Positions 8,994 to 18,787 of a stretch of 64,000 nucleotides of DNA are shown here, one piece after another (positions within the stretch are counted from its first letter, which is position 1; each line of letters begins with the position of its first letter). The DNA lies in assembly GCA_002419215.1 (NCBI GenBank), contig DIFQ01000001.1, positions 53,143-117,142 of the forward strand. The letters run 5' to 3'. The translations under genes were made by a program, and so were the position numbers. The notes under the pieces are model-generated. The model searched no databases and was not told the origin of the DNA. It worked only from the letters and a program-made list of their open reading frames with translations. Source of the DNA: Syntrophaceae bacterium UBA5744 (lineage in GTDB: Bacteria > Desulfobacterota > Syntrophia > Syntrophales > UBA2192).

Positions 8994-9719
8994 TCAGCCT
9001 CCCACGATCGTCCCTACGTTTTTCCCGCATATGACGGACTTGATGTTGCCTCTCTTCGCGATGTTGAACACCCGTATGGGGATATTATTTTCCCTGCAAA
9101 GAGAAATGGCCGCTGCATCCATGACTTTAAGGTTTTTCGCCAAGGCCTCGGTGTAGCTCACCTTTTTATACAGAATGGCGTCGGCGTGTTTCACGGGATC
9201 CTTGTCATAGACCCCGTCGACCTTGGTGGCCTTCAGAATGACATCGGCCTGGATTTCAGCGGCACGAAGGGCCGCCGCCGTATCCGTCGTGAAGTAAGGG
9301 TTCCCGGTTCCACCCGCAAAAATGACCACCCTTCCCTTTTCCAGGTGGCGGGTGGCCCTTCTGCGAATGAAGGGCTCGGCCACTTCCCGCATCTCGATGG
9401 CAGTCTGGACCCTGCAACTCACCCCGAGCCTCTCGAGGACGCTCTGGATGGCCAGGCTGTTGATCACCGTTGCAAGCATGCCCATGTTGTCGGCCTGGGT
9501 GCGCTCCATGCCCCGGGCGCTGCCCTCGACGCCGCGGAAGATATTCCCCCCGCCGACAACGACACCGATCTCGACGCCCAGCCTTACGACATCGCGGATC
9601 TGCTCGGCGATGGTCTGGACGATATCGGGGTCTATGCCGAAGGAGCGGCCCCCCATCAGGGCCTCGCCGCTCAGCTTCAAAAGGACCCGCCTGTAGACGG
9701 CTTTTTTTGCGCCTTTCAT
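8994..9719 (-). CDS. pyrH: UMP kinase
   Basis: [11 protein letters not shown]...GGGNIFRG motifs. Confidence 0.95.
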   Translation of the reverse strand: MKGAKKAVYRRVLLKLSGEALMGGRSFGIDPDIVQTIAEQIRDVVRLGVEIGVVVGGGNIFRGVEGSARGMERTQADNMGMLATVINSLAIQSVLERLGVSCRVQTAIEMREVAEPFIRRRATRHLEKGRVVIFAGGTGNPYFTTDTAAALRAAEIQADVILKATKVDGVYDKDPVKHADAILYKKVSYTEALAKNLKVMDAAAISLCRENNIPIRVFNIAKRGNIKSVICGKNVGTIVGG

Positions 9720-9770
9720 CTCACCTGCAGCTTTCCGGACATTCCCGGCTTTTTCTAACAGGGCGTTTTC

Positions 9771-10373
9771 CTAGGACTCGTCCCCGCCGAGCTGGTAGCG
9801 CACAAAACGCTTCACGAGGATGTTCTCGCCCGTCTTGGCGATGGCTGCCTTGATGAGGTCCTCCACCGTCTTGTTCGTGTCCTTGATGAACTTCTGTTTC
9901 ACCAGACAGACTTCCTCGTAATACTTCTTGAGTTTTCCCTCGACGATCTTGTCGGCGATCTTCTCGGGCTTTCCTTCGGCAATGACCTGCTTGCGATAGA
10001 TGTCCTTCTCCCTCTGCAGGGCCGCCTCGGGCACGTCCTCGGGCTTCACATAGAGGGGGTTCATGGCGGCCACATGCATGGCAAGATCCCGGGTGAGGGT
10101 CTTGAAGTCGTCCGTCTTGGCCACGAAATCGGTCTCGCAGTTGACTTCGATCATGACGCCGACTTTGCCGCCCATGTGGATGTAGGAAGTCACCAGGCCG
10201 TCCTTTGTGGCACGGGAGGACTTCTTCGTTGCCGCAGACAGTCCCTTCTCCCTCAGAAAGTCGATCGCCTTTTCAAAATTGCCGCCCGCAACCTTCAGGG
10301 CCTCCTTGCAATCCATGATGCCGGCGCCCGTTTTGACTCTCAAATCCTTTACGATATCCGCCGAGATTTCCAA
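9771..10373 (-). CDS. tsf: translation elongation factor Ts (short form)
   Basis: N-terminal UBA-like VKDLRVKTGAGIMDCKEAL. 200 aa. Confidence 0.9.
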   Translation of the reverse strand: MEISADIVKDLRVKTGAGIMDCKEALKVAGGNFEKAIDFLREKGLSAATKKSSRATKDGLVTSYIHMGGKVGVMIEVNCETDFVAKTDDFKTLTRDLAMHVAAMNPLYVKPEDVPEAALQREKDIYRKQVIAEGKPEKIADKIVEGKLKKYYEEVCLVKQKFIKDTNKTVEDLIKAAIAKTGENILVKRFVRYQLGGDES

Positions 10374-10419
10374 TTGATCCGTACCTCCTCCTCATCATCA
10401 GAGATGTGTGTTGTTTCGT

Positions 10420-11238
10420 TTAGTTCGCGGTTTTCTCCGCTTCGACCCCGGTCCCCTTCATCTCGATGCTCTCCGGCACATCGGGCTCGCCGGCCTCTGC
10501 ATCCTTCACCTCGGGGGCCTGACTCTTGTCGCTTTCCGCCTGGATCTTCTCCTCGAACTTCTGCTTGCCTTCGAGGACCGCATCGGCAATCCTACCCGCG
10601 AAAAGCTTGATGGCCCGGATGGCATCGTCGTTGCCGGGGATGATGTAGTCCACCACATCGGGATCGCAGTTGGTGTCCACGATAGCGACCACGGGAACGC
10701 CCAGCTTCCGTGCCTCGTGAACGGCGATATCCTCCTTCTTGGGGTCTACGACGAAAATCGCCGCCGGGTGGCCCTTCATCCGTCGAATCCCGCCCAGCAC
10801 CTTGTCGAGCTTCTCTTTTTCCTTCTGGAAAAGGAGGATCTCCTTCTTCGGGAAGACGTTGATGGACTCGCTTCCGAAAAGGGAGTCGAGCTCGTTGAGG
10901 CGGTCGATGCGCTTCTTGATGGTCGAGAAGTTGGTGAGCATCCCACCCAACCAGCGGTAGTTCACGTAGGGCATCCCGCTGCGTTCGGCCTCCTCGCGGA
11001 TGGATTCCTGGGCCTGCTTCTTGGTTCCCACAAAAAGGATCTCGCCTCCGTTGGCAACGGTGTTGACAACAAAGCTGTAAGCCCCCTTGAACATCTCAAC
11101 CGTTTGTTGAAGGTCAATGATGTAAATGCCGTTGCGTGCGCCGAAAATGTAGGGTTTCATCTTGGGGTTCCACTTATTGGTCTGATGACCGAAGTGCACA
11201 CCCGACTCGAGCAGCAATTTCATCGATACGGTAGACAT
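10420..11238 (-). CDS. rpsB: 30S ribosomal protein S2
   Basis: [19 protein letters not shown]. Start moved to the ATG at 11238, which is preceded by AAGGAG. Confidence 0.95.
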   Translation of the reverse strand: MSTVSMKLLLESGVHFGHQTNKWNPKMKPYIFGARNGIYIIDLQQTVEMFKGAYSFVVNTVANGGEILFVGTKKQAQESIREEAERSGMPYVNYRWLGGMLTNFSTIKKRIDRLNELDSLFGSESINVFPKKEILLFQKEKEKLDKVLGGIRRMKGHPAAIFVVDPKKEDIAVHEARKLGVPVVAIVDTNCDPDVVDYIIPGNDDAIRAIKLFAGRIADAVLEGKQKFEEKIQAESDKSQAPEVKDAEAGEPDVPESIEMKGTGVEAEKTAN

Positions 11239-11372
11239 AGAATTCTCCTTTCCTGTTTGTTTCCTCCACCCCTTCACCTTGCCGGGGAACTTTTCTCGCG
11301 AAAAGCAACAGGCCCGGCAATCCGAGGGTGTGAGAGATAGAACGGGTTTAGTTAGCACAAAGCGTTATATTT

Positions 11373-11426
11373 GGCAAATAAAAATTTAATCCCCCTGCCC
11401 CCTTTCGTGCAAGAGGGAGCCGGGGG
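11373..11426 (-). terminator. probable intrinsic terminator after argJ and array A2
   Basis: Imperfect 15-bp GC stem (CCCCCGGCTCCCTCT / AAAGGGGGCAGGGGG) followed by ATTAAATTTTTATTT on the minus strand. Confidence 0.5.
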
Positions 11427-11430
11427 ATCC

Positions 11431-11472
11431 TTTTCTTCCCCGATACCCTATACCCGAGACCCGATACCCGGT
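11431..11472 (-). repeat. G3-heptad array A2, 3 nt after the argJ stop
   Basis: The minus strand reads TGA-ACC-GGGTATCGGGTCTCGGGTATAGGGTATCGGGGAAGAAAAGG. C-tracts on the + strand at 11439, 11446, 11453, 11460 and 11467. Confidence 0.9.
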
Positions 11473-12669
11473 TCAGGTCGTGTAATGCGCGTTGATCTTG
11501 ACGTAATCGACGGTCAGATCCGAGCTGTAGACCCGGAAGCCCTTCGTGCCCTGCCCGAGTTTCACCAGGACCTTGATCTGTTCCTTCTTCATCACCTCGG
11601 CAAGCTCCTGCAGGTGGCTCGTAATCCCCCGGCCTTGCTTGAACAGCGGAAGCCCGTCGAAGTAGAGCTCCACGGCATCGCCGTTTATGGGCACGCCTGC
11701 CGCGCCAACGGCCGAAATCACCCGGCCCCAGTTCGGGTCCCCGCCGTAAAAGGCTGTCTTGACGAGGTTCGACCGGGCGATCTGGTAGGCAACGGCTTTT
11801 GCCTCCCCCGTCGTCTTCGCCCCCTCGATGACGATCTCGATGAGTTTCGTCGCACCTTCCCCGTCGCGGACGATGGATTTGGCGAGTTCCGTCATCACTT
11901 CGGTGAGCATCCCCGCAAAAACGGCAAAATCCCTTGTCGACGTTCGAATCTTGCGATTTCCGGCAAGGCCGTTTGCCAGGATCAGGACCGTGTCGTTCGT
12001 GCTCATGCACCCGTCGACGCTGATGGCATTGAAACTCTGGTCGACCGCCTCCCGAAGCGCCCTCTTCATGGCCTGGTCGTCGATGTCGGCGTCCGTCAGG
12101 ACGAAGGACAGCAGGGTCGCCATGCCGGGCTCGATCATACCCGCCCCCTTGGCAATCCCGCAGACACAGATGTCGCTTCCGCCGACAGGCCCCTCCCGGA
12201 ACTGGATCTTCGGGTAGCGGTCCGTCGTCATGATCGCCTGCGCCGCTTCGGGGATTCCATCGGGGGAGAGCCCCTTGACGAGCCGGCTCACGCTGCCGGC
12301 CACCTTGTCGATGGGCAGCTTGCGGCCGATGACGCCCGTCGAGGCCACGAGGACCTGGGATTCGTCGATCTGCAGCGCTCCGGCGCAGAAGCGCGCCATT
12401 TTCACGGCATCCTGATAGCCCTCGTCCCCGGTGGCCGCGTTGGCATTGCCGCTGTTGATGATGACGGCCCGCGATGTGCCGCTCTTGATGCGCTCGAGGT
12501 CGAGCAGCACCGGCGCCGCCTTGAAGACGTTCGTCGTGAAGACGCCTGCCGCCTTCGCGGGCGCCTCGGAATACAGGAGCGCCAAGTCCTTCCTGCCGTC
12601 CTCCTTGATCCCCGACGCGATCCCCGCGGCCTGAAACCCGGGAACCTCGAATTTTCCGTTTTCCGCCAT
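11473..12669 (-). CDS. argJ: bifunctional glutamate N-acetyltransferase / amino-acid acetyltransferase
   Basis: 398 aa with the ATLLSFVLTDA autoprocessing site. Confidence 0.9.
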   Translation of the reverse strand: MAENGKFEVPGFQAAGIASGIKEDGRKDLALLYSEAPAKAAGVFTTNVFKAAPVLLDLERIKSGTSRAVIINSGNANAATGDEGYQDAVKMARFCAGALQIDESQVLVASTGVIGRKLPIDKVAGSVSRLVKGLSPDGIPEAAQAIMTTDRYPKIQFREGPVGGSDICVCGIAKGAGMIEPGMATLLSFVLTDADIDDQAMKRALREAVDQSFNAISVDGCMSTNDTVLILANGLAGNRKIRTSTRDFAVFAGMLTEVMTELAKSIVRDGEGATKLIEIVIEGAKTTGEAKAVAYQIARSNLVKTAFYGGDPNWGRVISAVGAAGVPINGDAVELYFDGLPLFKQGRGITSHLQELAEVMKKEQIKVLVKLGQGTKGFRVYSSDLTVDYVKINAHYTT

Positions 12670-12726
12670 GCTTTTTCCCTTCCTCTCAAGGATGCATCGA
12701 TAAAGGTCTCTGAGCGAGCTTTTGAA

Positions 12727-12845
12727 GCGTTTCTCGTGAACCGCTCTTATCGAAGCGAAACGCCCGCAAACCCATATGTCTGAGCCTGAAGGGCGAGTTT
12801 ATGGGTTTGCAGTGAAGCAAGATCTAGAGCGGTCGAGAAACGGTT
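12727..12845 (-). other. nested stem-loop structure in the secA-argJ spacer
   Basis: Outer pairs: CGTTTCTCG (12728-36) with CGAGAAACG (12834-42), and CCGCTCT (12741-47) with AGAGCGG (12826-32). Inner perfect 11-bp stem: GCAAACCCATA (12766-76) with TATGGGTTTGC (12800-10). Confidence 0.7.
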
Positions 12846-12877
12846 CAGCGAGCGATGAGATCTTTTTCGATGCGACC

Positions 12878-15400
12878 TTATTTCCCGCAGCACTTCTTGT
12901 ACTTCTTCCCGCTCCCGCAGGGGCACGGGTCGTTGCGGCCGACCTTGTCGGCCGCCTCCCTCCTGACCTGCTTCACCGCAGCGCCTGCCGTACCGTGCGT
13001 CATCACCACATCGCGCTGTGTCTTGTCCCTGAAGGTCTCCACTTCCTCCTCCCGCTGGATCTGGACCAGGGAAAGCTTCTGGAGAGTGTCCTGCCGCACG
13101 CGGTACATCATGTCCAGGTACATCTCGTAGCCTTCCTTCTGGTACTCCCGGACAGGGTCTTTCTGGGCATAGCCCCGGAGCCCGATGCCTTCCCGGAGGT
13201 GATCCATCCCCAGGAGATGGTCTTTCCAGAAGGCATCGATGGACTGGAGCATAATGGCCTTCATCAGGTAGTCCCAGAGCGGCTTGCCGAAATTCTGCTC
13301 CTTGCGGTGCAGATGCGCCAGGACGGCGGAGCGGATCTCCTCGGTGATCGCGTCCGGGCTCAGCCGTTCCCGCCCCTCGTCACTGAAGCGAAGTTTGAGG
13401 GAGAAGAGCTGATACAGGATGTCATCGAGGCCCTTGAGGTTCCGCTCCTCGGGGTGCGTTTTCTCGTCCACGTATTCCCCGACGGTGGTTTCGACGACCT
13501 CGTCGAGCATCTCCTCGAGCATCCCCCAGGGATCCTCGCCCTTGAGGACGTCCTTGCGCTGGTCGTAAATGGCCACGCGCTGGGCGTTCATCACGTTGTC
13601 GTACTCCAGGAGGTGCTTGCGGATGTCGAAGTTGTGCGCCTCGACCCGTCTCTGTGCGTTCTCGATCGCCTTGCTCAGCAGGTTGGCTTCGATCGGCTGG
13701 CCCTCTTCGATGCCGATACGCTCCATGATGGACTGGATGCGCTCGCCTCCGAAGATCCGCAACAGATCGTCATCGAGGGAAAGGTAGAAACGCGAGGAGC
13801 CCGCATCGCCCTGGCGACCGGAGCGTCCCCGGAGCTGGTTGTCGATCCGCCGGCTCTCGTGGCGCTCCGTGCCGAGGATGTGCAGCCCGCCCAGCTGCGC
13901 GACCCCCTCCCCCAGCTTGATGTCGGTCCCGCGGCCGGCCATGTTCGTCGAAATGGTGACGCCGCCCCAATGTCCCGCCTGGCTGATGATCTCCGCTTCC
14001 CGCTCGTGGTGCTTGGCGTTGAGAACGTGATGTTTGACGCCTTTCCGGGTGAGCATGGCGCTCAGCTTTTCCGAGTTTTCGATGGAGATGGTGCCGACGA
14101 GTACGGGCCGCCCCTGCTTGTGCAGCTCCTTGATCTCCTCGATGGCGGCATCGTACTTTTCCTTCTCCGTCCGATAGATCACGTCGGCGTGATCCGTCCG
14201 GATCATGGGCATGTTCGTGGGGATCACCATGACCTCGAGGTCGTAGATCTCCTTGAACTCGGCCGCTTCCGTGTCCGCCGTTCCGGTCATCCCGGCCAGC
14301 TTCTCGTACATCCGGAAGTAGTTCTGGAAGGTGACGGAAGCCAGCGTCTGGTTCTCCCGCTCGATCTTGACGTTTTCCTTCGCCTCGAGGGCCTGGTGCA
14401 GCCCCTCGCTGTAGCGCCGTCCGGGCATGAGGCGGCCCGTGAACTCGTCGACGATGAGCACCTCGCCGTCCTTCACGACATAGTCCACGTCTCGTTTGAA
14501 CAGGGTGTGTGCCTTCAGGGCCTGGTTCACATGATGGAGCAGCTCGATGTTGCGCGGGTCGAAGAGGTTCTCGACCTTCAGGGATTTCTCAACCCGCGCC
14601 ACCCCCTCCTCGGTCAGGACGACGGTCCGGGCCTTCTCGTCGATCGTGTAATCCTTTTCCTTCCTGATCCCGGGGATGATCTGGTTGATCCGGTAGTACT
14701 TGTCCGTCGACTCCTCGGAAGGGCCCGAAATGATGAGCGGGGTCCTCGCCTCGTCGATGAGGATACTGTCGACCTCGTCGACGATGGCATAGTGGAAGTC
14801 CCTCTGGACGTAATCCTCGAGGGTGAACTTCATGTTGTCCCGCAGGTAGTCGAACCCGAACTCGTTGTTCGTGCCGTAGGTGATGTCGCAGCCATAGGCC
14901 TTGCGCCTTTCCTCGTCGGTCAGACCGTGCACGATGATGCCGACCGAGAGCCCCAGGAAATTGTAGATCGGCCCCATCCAGGAGGCGTCCCGCCGGGCCA
15001 GGTAGTCGTTCACGGTGACCAGCTGGGCCCCCTTGCCGGCGAGGGCATTCAGGTACAGGGGCATGGTGGCGGCAAGGGTCTTGCCTTCGCCCGTCTTCAT
15101 CTCGGCGATCTTGCCCTCGTGGAGCACAATCCCGCCGATGAGCTGCACGTCGAAGGGCCGCATCCCCACGGTCCTCCATGCCGCTTCCCGGACAACGGCG
15201 AAGGCCTCCGTCAGGATGTCGTCGGGGGAGGCCCCGTTTGCCAGCCTTTCCTTGAATGCGGCCGTCTTGGCCTTCAACTCGTCGTCGGAGAGCTTCTTGA
15301 TGGCGGGCTCGAGGCGGTTGATCGCGTCAACGAGAGGCGCAATGCGCTTCAACTCCCGCTCGTTCTTGGTTCCGAACATCTTCTGGATGAAATTCAACAT
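12878..15400 (-). CDS. secA: preprotein translocase ATPase SecA
   Basis: 840 aa. N-terminus [23 protein letters not shown]-like motor motifs, C-terminal zinc finger [14 protein letters not shown]. Confidence 0.97.
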   Translation of the reverse strand: MLNFIQKMFGTKNERELKRIAPLVDAINRLEPAIKKLSDDELKAKTAAFKERLANGASPDDILTEAFAVVREAAWRTVGMRPFDVQLIGGIVLHEGKIAEMKTGEGKTLAATMPLYLNALAGKGAQLVTVNDYLARRDASWMGPIYNFLGLSVGIIVHGLTDEERRKAYGCDITYGTNNEFGFDYLRDNMKFTLEDYVQRDFHYAIVDEVDSILIDEARTPLIISGPSEESTDKYYRINQIIPGIRKEKDYTIDEKARTVVLTEEGVARVEKSLKVENLFDPRNIELLHHVNQALKAHTLFKRDVDYVVKDGEVLIVDEFTGRLMPGRRYSEGLHQALEAKENVKIERENQTLASVTFQNYFRMYEKLAGMTGTADTEAAEFKEIYDLEVMVIPTNMPMIRTDHADVIYRTEKEKYDAAIEEIKELHKQGRPVLVGTISIENSEKLSAMLTRKGVKHHVLNAKHHEREAEIISQAGHWGGVTISTNMAGRGTDIKLGEGVAQLGGLHILGTERHESRRIDNQLRGRSGRQGDAGSSRFYLSLDDDLLRIFGGERIQSIMERIGIEEGQPIEANLLSKAIENAQRRVEAHNFDIRKHLLEYDNVMNAQRVAIYDQRKDVLKGEDPWGMLEEMLDEVVETTVGEYVDEKTHPEERNLKGLDDILYQLFSLKLRFSDEGRERLSPDAITEEIRSAVLAHLHRKEQNFGKPLWDYLMKAIMLQSIDAFWKDHLLGMDHLREGIGLRGYAQKDPVREYQKEGYEMYLDMMYRVRQDTLQKLSLVQIQREEEVETFRDKTQRDVVMTHGTAGAAVKQVRREAADKVGRNDPCPCGSGKKYKKCCGK

Positions 15401-15410
15401 GGCCCAACCT

Positions 15411-15436
15411 AAAAAAACCCGGTAAGTCCTTACCGG
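15411..15436 (-). terminator. canonical intrinsic terminator after the M23 gene, ending 11 nt before the secA ATG
   Basis: The minus strand reads CCGGTAAG-GA-CTTACCGG followed by GTTTTTTT, then AGGTTGGGCC-ATG (secA). Confidence 0.75.
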
Positions 15437-15472
15437 ATTTGAGTGTATACCTTATTTTTTCGAAAAAGGGAA

Positions 15473-16390
15473 TCAGCGGAGATAGTTCCTGGGGTTGACG
15501 TAAACTCCGTTCAGGCTCACGGAGTAGTGGAGGTGGGCGCCGGTGCTGCGGCCTGAATTCCCGACATACCCGATGACATCGCCCCTCTTGACGACCTGCC
15601 CCTTGCTCACGGCGGCCCGGAAAAGGTGCGCGTAGAGGGTCCCGATGCCCCTTCCGTGTTCGATCTGAATCATGAGACCCATGTCGGGCCGTTTCTCCAC
15701 GTTCGACACGATGCCGTTGGCCGGCGCCTTGATGGGGGCTCCCAGCTTGGTTGCAATGTCGATAGCCGAATGGAACTCGCTTCGCCCGCCGAAGGGGTTT
15801 GTCCTGCGCCCGAATTCGGAGGTCACCCAGCCCGTGACAGGCCAGACGGAGGGTGTAACCGCAGCAATCGATCGCTGTCCGTGGAGATATTCCTGCAGTT
15901 CAGCCAGGCTGCGCTCCCGCGCCGAGGCATCCTCGAGCAGCCGATCCATGTGCCGGTTCAGGTTCGTCAGCTTGTCGGGACCGGCCTCATCGGCCGGCAT
16001 CGGCCCGCCGACCCCGAGGACCTGCTCCCTCGCTTTTGGATCTTCCTTCCTGGAAAGCTTCCGGGACTTGCCGGTCAACTCGCTCGCCATGTTCCGGATT
16101 TTTTCATCGACCTTTTTGAGTTCGGCCAGCTGCCTGTCGAAGAAGGAAATCTTCTCGTGAAGCGTGTCGATCTGTTCCTGCTGTGTCGATGTCAGCTCAC
16201 GCAGGTTGTCCAGTTCCATCTGCTTCAGCTTTAGCGTCAGGTAATCGACTGCACAGTATCCGAAGAAACAGAAGAAGATTACCGCGAAGACGGCCGTAAG
16301 TTGGAAATGCCGAGGGGTGGCGAGGAACTTCTTGACGGAATCCTTTTTCTTGTGCGGAATGATCAAGAGGGTATAAAAATGCTTCGGCAT
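15473..16390 (-). CDS. M23 family metallopeptidase with coiled-coil N-terminal region
   Basis: HSAIDIA (HxxxD) and GNSGRSTGAHLHYSV (HxH) motifs. One N-terminal TM segment. Confidence 0.85.
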   Translation of the reverse strand: MPKHFYTLLIIPHKKKDSVKKFLATPRHFQLTAVFAVIFFCFFGYCAVDYLTLKLKQMELDNLRELTSTQQEQIDTLHEKISFFDRQLAELKKVDEKIRNMASELTGKSRKLSRKEDPKAREQVLGVGGPMPADEAGPDKLTNLNRHMDRLLEDASARERSLAELQEYLHGQRSIAAVTPSVWPVTGWVTSEFGRRTNPFGGRSEFHSAIDIATKLGAPIKAPANGIVSNVEKRPDMGLMIQIEHGRGIGTLYAHLFRAAVSKGQVVKRGDVIGYVGNSGRSTGAHLHYSVSLNGVYVNPRNYLR

Positions 16391-16573
16391 TGCTCATCCT
16401 CATCCTTGCGTTGTACTCGAAAAGCGGAAATCAGAGTCTCCGTTTTCCCCTACAAGTGCGGGAAGAAAGAAGTCGCGTGATGCCGAGGGACAATTCATAT
16501 CCCCCAAATCACAGCGTCGAAAAACGCCCCGTTCAGAACCTGGCAGCAGCCTGGTTTCAGAGGCAGGGCAACT

Positions 16574-16602
16574 ACATACCCGCAAAAAAACATCCTGTCA
16601 AG
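16574..16602 (-). promoter_or_regulatory. sigma-70-type promoter for the M23 peptidase (and possibly secA)
   Basis: The minus strand reads TTGACA-N17-TATGTA. Confidence 0.5.
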
Positions 16603-16669
16603 CCGAAATCGATGTTTTCGAGAATAAAATAACGATATCTGCTACTTATCGATAACTCCGGGTCAAATT

Positions 16670-18658
16670 TTACCCCTTCCCCGGGCGGGCGCCGTGACTT
16701 CCCACCTCTCCTTCAGGGGCCTTCTTGACGGTGATCAGCGGGTCGCCCACGTCGACCTGATCTCCGGGGTTTTTCAAAACCTCCAGGACTTTCCCGTTGA
16801 TGGCCGATACGACGTTATTGAGCATCTTCATGGCCTCGAGAACGATCAGCACCTGTCCGGCGGACACTTCGTCACCTTCCGAGACGGGTACCTCGTTGAT
16901 GGTGCCCTTGATGGGTGAGCGGATGTCGCCGTCCTTGGCCAGGGCCTCGATCTCCTTGGCCGTCAGCGTCATCTTCCTGGCCACCTTCTCGCCTTCCTGC
17001 TCCATCTCCGTCAGGATCGGCTCGGGATGATGGTCGATCACGAGATAGGTCACGGCATCGCCGCTCGAGGTTTTACGCTGGGGCCCGATGACGATGGAGT
17101 GAAGCTTGCCGTATGCATCGGGAAATTCGAAGGTGTCGCCCAGGTTGAAGCCGCCCTTTTTGAACCAGACCTTCGGCGGCAGGACCCAGACCTTCCCGTA
17201 CTTCTCCTCGAACTTGAAGAAGCTCACCGCATCGTTGGGGTGCTGGAGGTAGAGAACCAGCTCCTCCTCCGAGGCCTTGCGCTCGAGCCTCTTTTCCAGG
17301 ACCCTTTTCTCGATCGTGAGATCCACGTCCTCTATTTTCTGGTAGCCGTAGTCGCTATCGACGATCTTTTTCCAGTTGGCGCCGAAAACGGTCTCGTAGA
17401 TCCAGTCGGCCGGCTTGTGGAAGGGCAGCTCCCCGTAGCGGCCCAGCATGAGGTTCTTGAGGTCGTCGTTGGCGTCCTTGTACCGGGCCCGTTTCAGGAC
17501 GTTATTGACGGCCGTCGTCCAGAGGATCTGCGAGCCCGGGGTAACGCTCCACCAGTTGCCCAGCTCGACCTGAACCTTTGGAAGCTCCTGCTGAAGGATC
17601 TCCGGCATGAGGTGCAGGAAATTTCCTTTCACGGCCTGCTCGAAGCTCGAGCCGGTGGCCCCGCCGGGCAACTTGTGGATCTGCACGGTCGGGTCGAAGC
17701 CCAGGAACTGGGACTCGAAGTCCTTGTAGTACTCCCGCTCGGGCCGCAGCTTGTTGGACGTGTCGATGATGCCCTGCTTGTTGATCCCCACGCAGGGATA
17801 ACCGTAGTCCTCGAGGGTCTCGACGATCGTCAGGATGGGGGGAGGTCCGTAGAACCCCGAGAAGGAGTGGTCGCCGCCGTTGACGATCTTCGCGCCGTTC
17901 CGGACGGCCTCGACGGTGCGGCCGATGTCGTTTCCGTCGGTGTTGTGGCCGTGGTAGTGGATCAGCAGGCCGGGAAACCGGTCGAGAATGGCCTTCACCA
18001 GGTCTCCGATTCGTTTCTGCGTTCCGAGCCCCGCGTGATTCTTGATGCACAGGATGATGTCCTCGCCGGTCACGTCGAGGATCTCGCCCACCTTCTTCAC
18101 GTAGTAGTCGTCCGTGTGTTCCGGCCCCGTGGAAAAGCAGATGGCGGGCTCCAGAATACGGTCGGCCTTCTTGACCTCTTCGAACACGGGGACCATGTTC
18201 GGGATGTGGTTGAGGAAGTCGAAGACGCGGAAGACGTCGATCACCTCCGAGAAATGCTTCACGGTGAGGCGGATGACATTCTCCGGATAGGGCCGGTACC
18301 CGAAGAGGTTGATCCCCCGGACGAGCGTCTGGAAAAGGGTGTCCGGCATCATGGACTTGAGAACCCTGAGCTTCTCGAAGGGGTTGATCTGCTTTCGCAG
18401 CATGTCCACGTGGACAGAGGCCCCGCCGGAGATCTCGATGGAGAAATAGCCGCAGGCGTTTCTCTCCCCCGCCACGAGCATCTGCGTGTGGGGCATGACC
18501 CGGTTCTTGAAGTCAGACTGGGAGAGGTCCCTCTCGGTGTTCGTCATGTAATAGCCCTTCGACCGGCGGATCCTGTCGAGGACGGTTTTGACCCCGCGCT
18601 CTTTCAGCTCCCGGGGGGTGATTCTCTCGTCGGTGACTTTCAATGCTTTCTTCGCCAT
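16670..18658 (-). CDS. biotin-dependent 2-oxoacid carboxylase, carboxyltransferase + biotinyl-carrier subunit (PycB/OadA-like, divergent)
   Basis: Aligns by eye with the PycB carboxyltransferase domain (LVRGINLFGYRPYP, IDVFRVFDFLN, HYHGHNTDG). C-terminal biotinyl domain has EAMKM. Catalytic motifs diverge (TERDLSQS for TxRDAHQS; IKNHAG for IKDMAG). Confidence 0.75.
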   Translation of the reverse strand: MAKKALKVTDERITPRELKERGVKTVLDRIRRSKGYYMTNTERDLSQSDFKNRVMPHTQMLVAGERNACGYFSIEISGGASVHVDMLRKQINPFEKLRVLKSMMPDTLFQTLVRGINLFGYRPYPENVIRLTVKHFSEVIDVFRVFDFLNHIPNMVPVFEEVKKADRILEPAICFSTGPEHTDDYYVKKVGEILDVTGEDIILCIKNHAGLGTQKRIGDLVKAILDRFPGLLIHYHGHNTDGNDIGRTVEAVRNGAKIVNGGDHSFSGFYGPPPILTIVETLEDYGYPCVGINKQGIIDTSNKLRPEREYYKDFESQFLGFDPTVQIHKLPGGATGSSFEQAVKGNFLHLMPEILQQELPKVQVELGNWWSVTPGSQILWTTAVNNVLKRARYKDANDDLKNLMLGRYGELPFHKPADWIYETVFGANWKKIVDSDYGYQKIEDVDLTIEKRVLEKRLERKASEEELVLYLQHPNDAVSFFKFEEKYGKVWVLPPKVWFKKGGFNLGDTFEFPDAYGKLHSIVIGPQRKTSSGDAVTYLVIDHHPEPILTEMEQEGEKVARKMTLTAKEIEALAKDGDIRSPIKGTINEVPVSEGDEVSAGQVLIVLEAMKMLNNVVSAINGKVLEVLKNPGDQVDVGDPLITVKKAPEGEVGSHGARPGKG

Positions 18659-18708
18659 CTTCCTTCTCTTTTATCTCTTTCTGAACCCTGTACCCTGGAC
18701 CCTGTCCC
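18659..18708 (-). repeat. G3-heptad array A4 plus purine tract, immediately upstream of the pycB-like start
   Basis: The minus strand reads GGGACAGGGTCCAGGGTACAGGGTTCAGAAAGAGATAAAAGAGAAGGAAG-ATG. Confidence 0.85.
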
Positions 18709-18731
18709 AATCGCGGTGGTAAGGAATCAAT

Positions 18732-18777
18732 CCCCCTCACCCCAGCCGTCTCCCGCGGGGGGAGAGGGAGATGAAGG
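18732..18777. repeat. CCCTCACC...TCTCCC-loop-GGGAGA hairpin element D1
   Basis: CCCCCTCACCCCAGCCGTCTCCCGCGGGGGGAGAGGGAGATGAAGG. 6-bp stem TCTCCC/GGGAGA with a 5-nt loop. Similar to the copy at 27554-27602. Confidence 0.75.
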
Positions 18778-18787
18778 TGTTGTGCCG

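Noticed and set aside
12766-12856. 29-codon minus-strand ORF (MGLRAFRFDKSGSRETLQKLAQRPLSMHP) as an arginine leader peptide
   Set aside because: It has no ribosome-binding site and no run of Arg codons. It overlaps the inner hairpin only by chance.
12776-15412. 878-aa plus-strand ORF
   Set aside because: It lies exactly antisense to secA. The translation is low-complexity and rich in Arg, Leu, Asp, Gly and His, with no recognisable motifs. This is the typical stop-poor antisense frame of a GC-rich gene.
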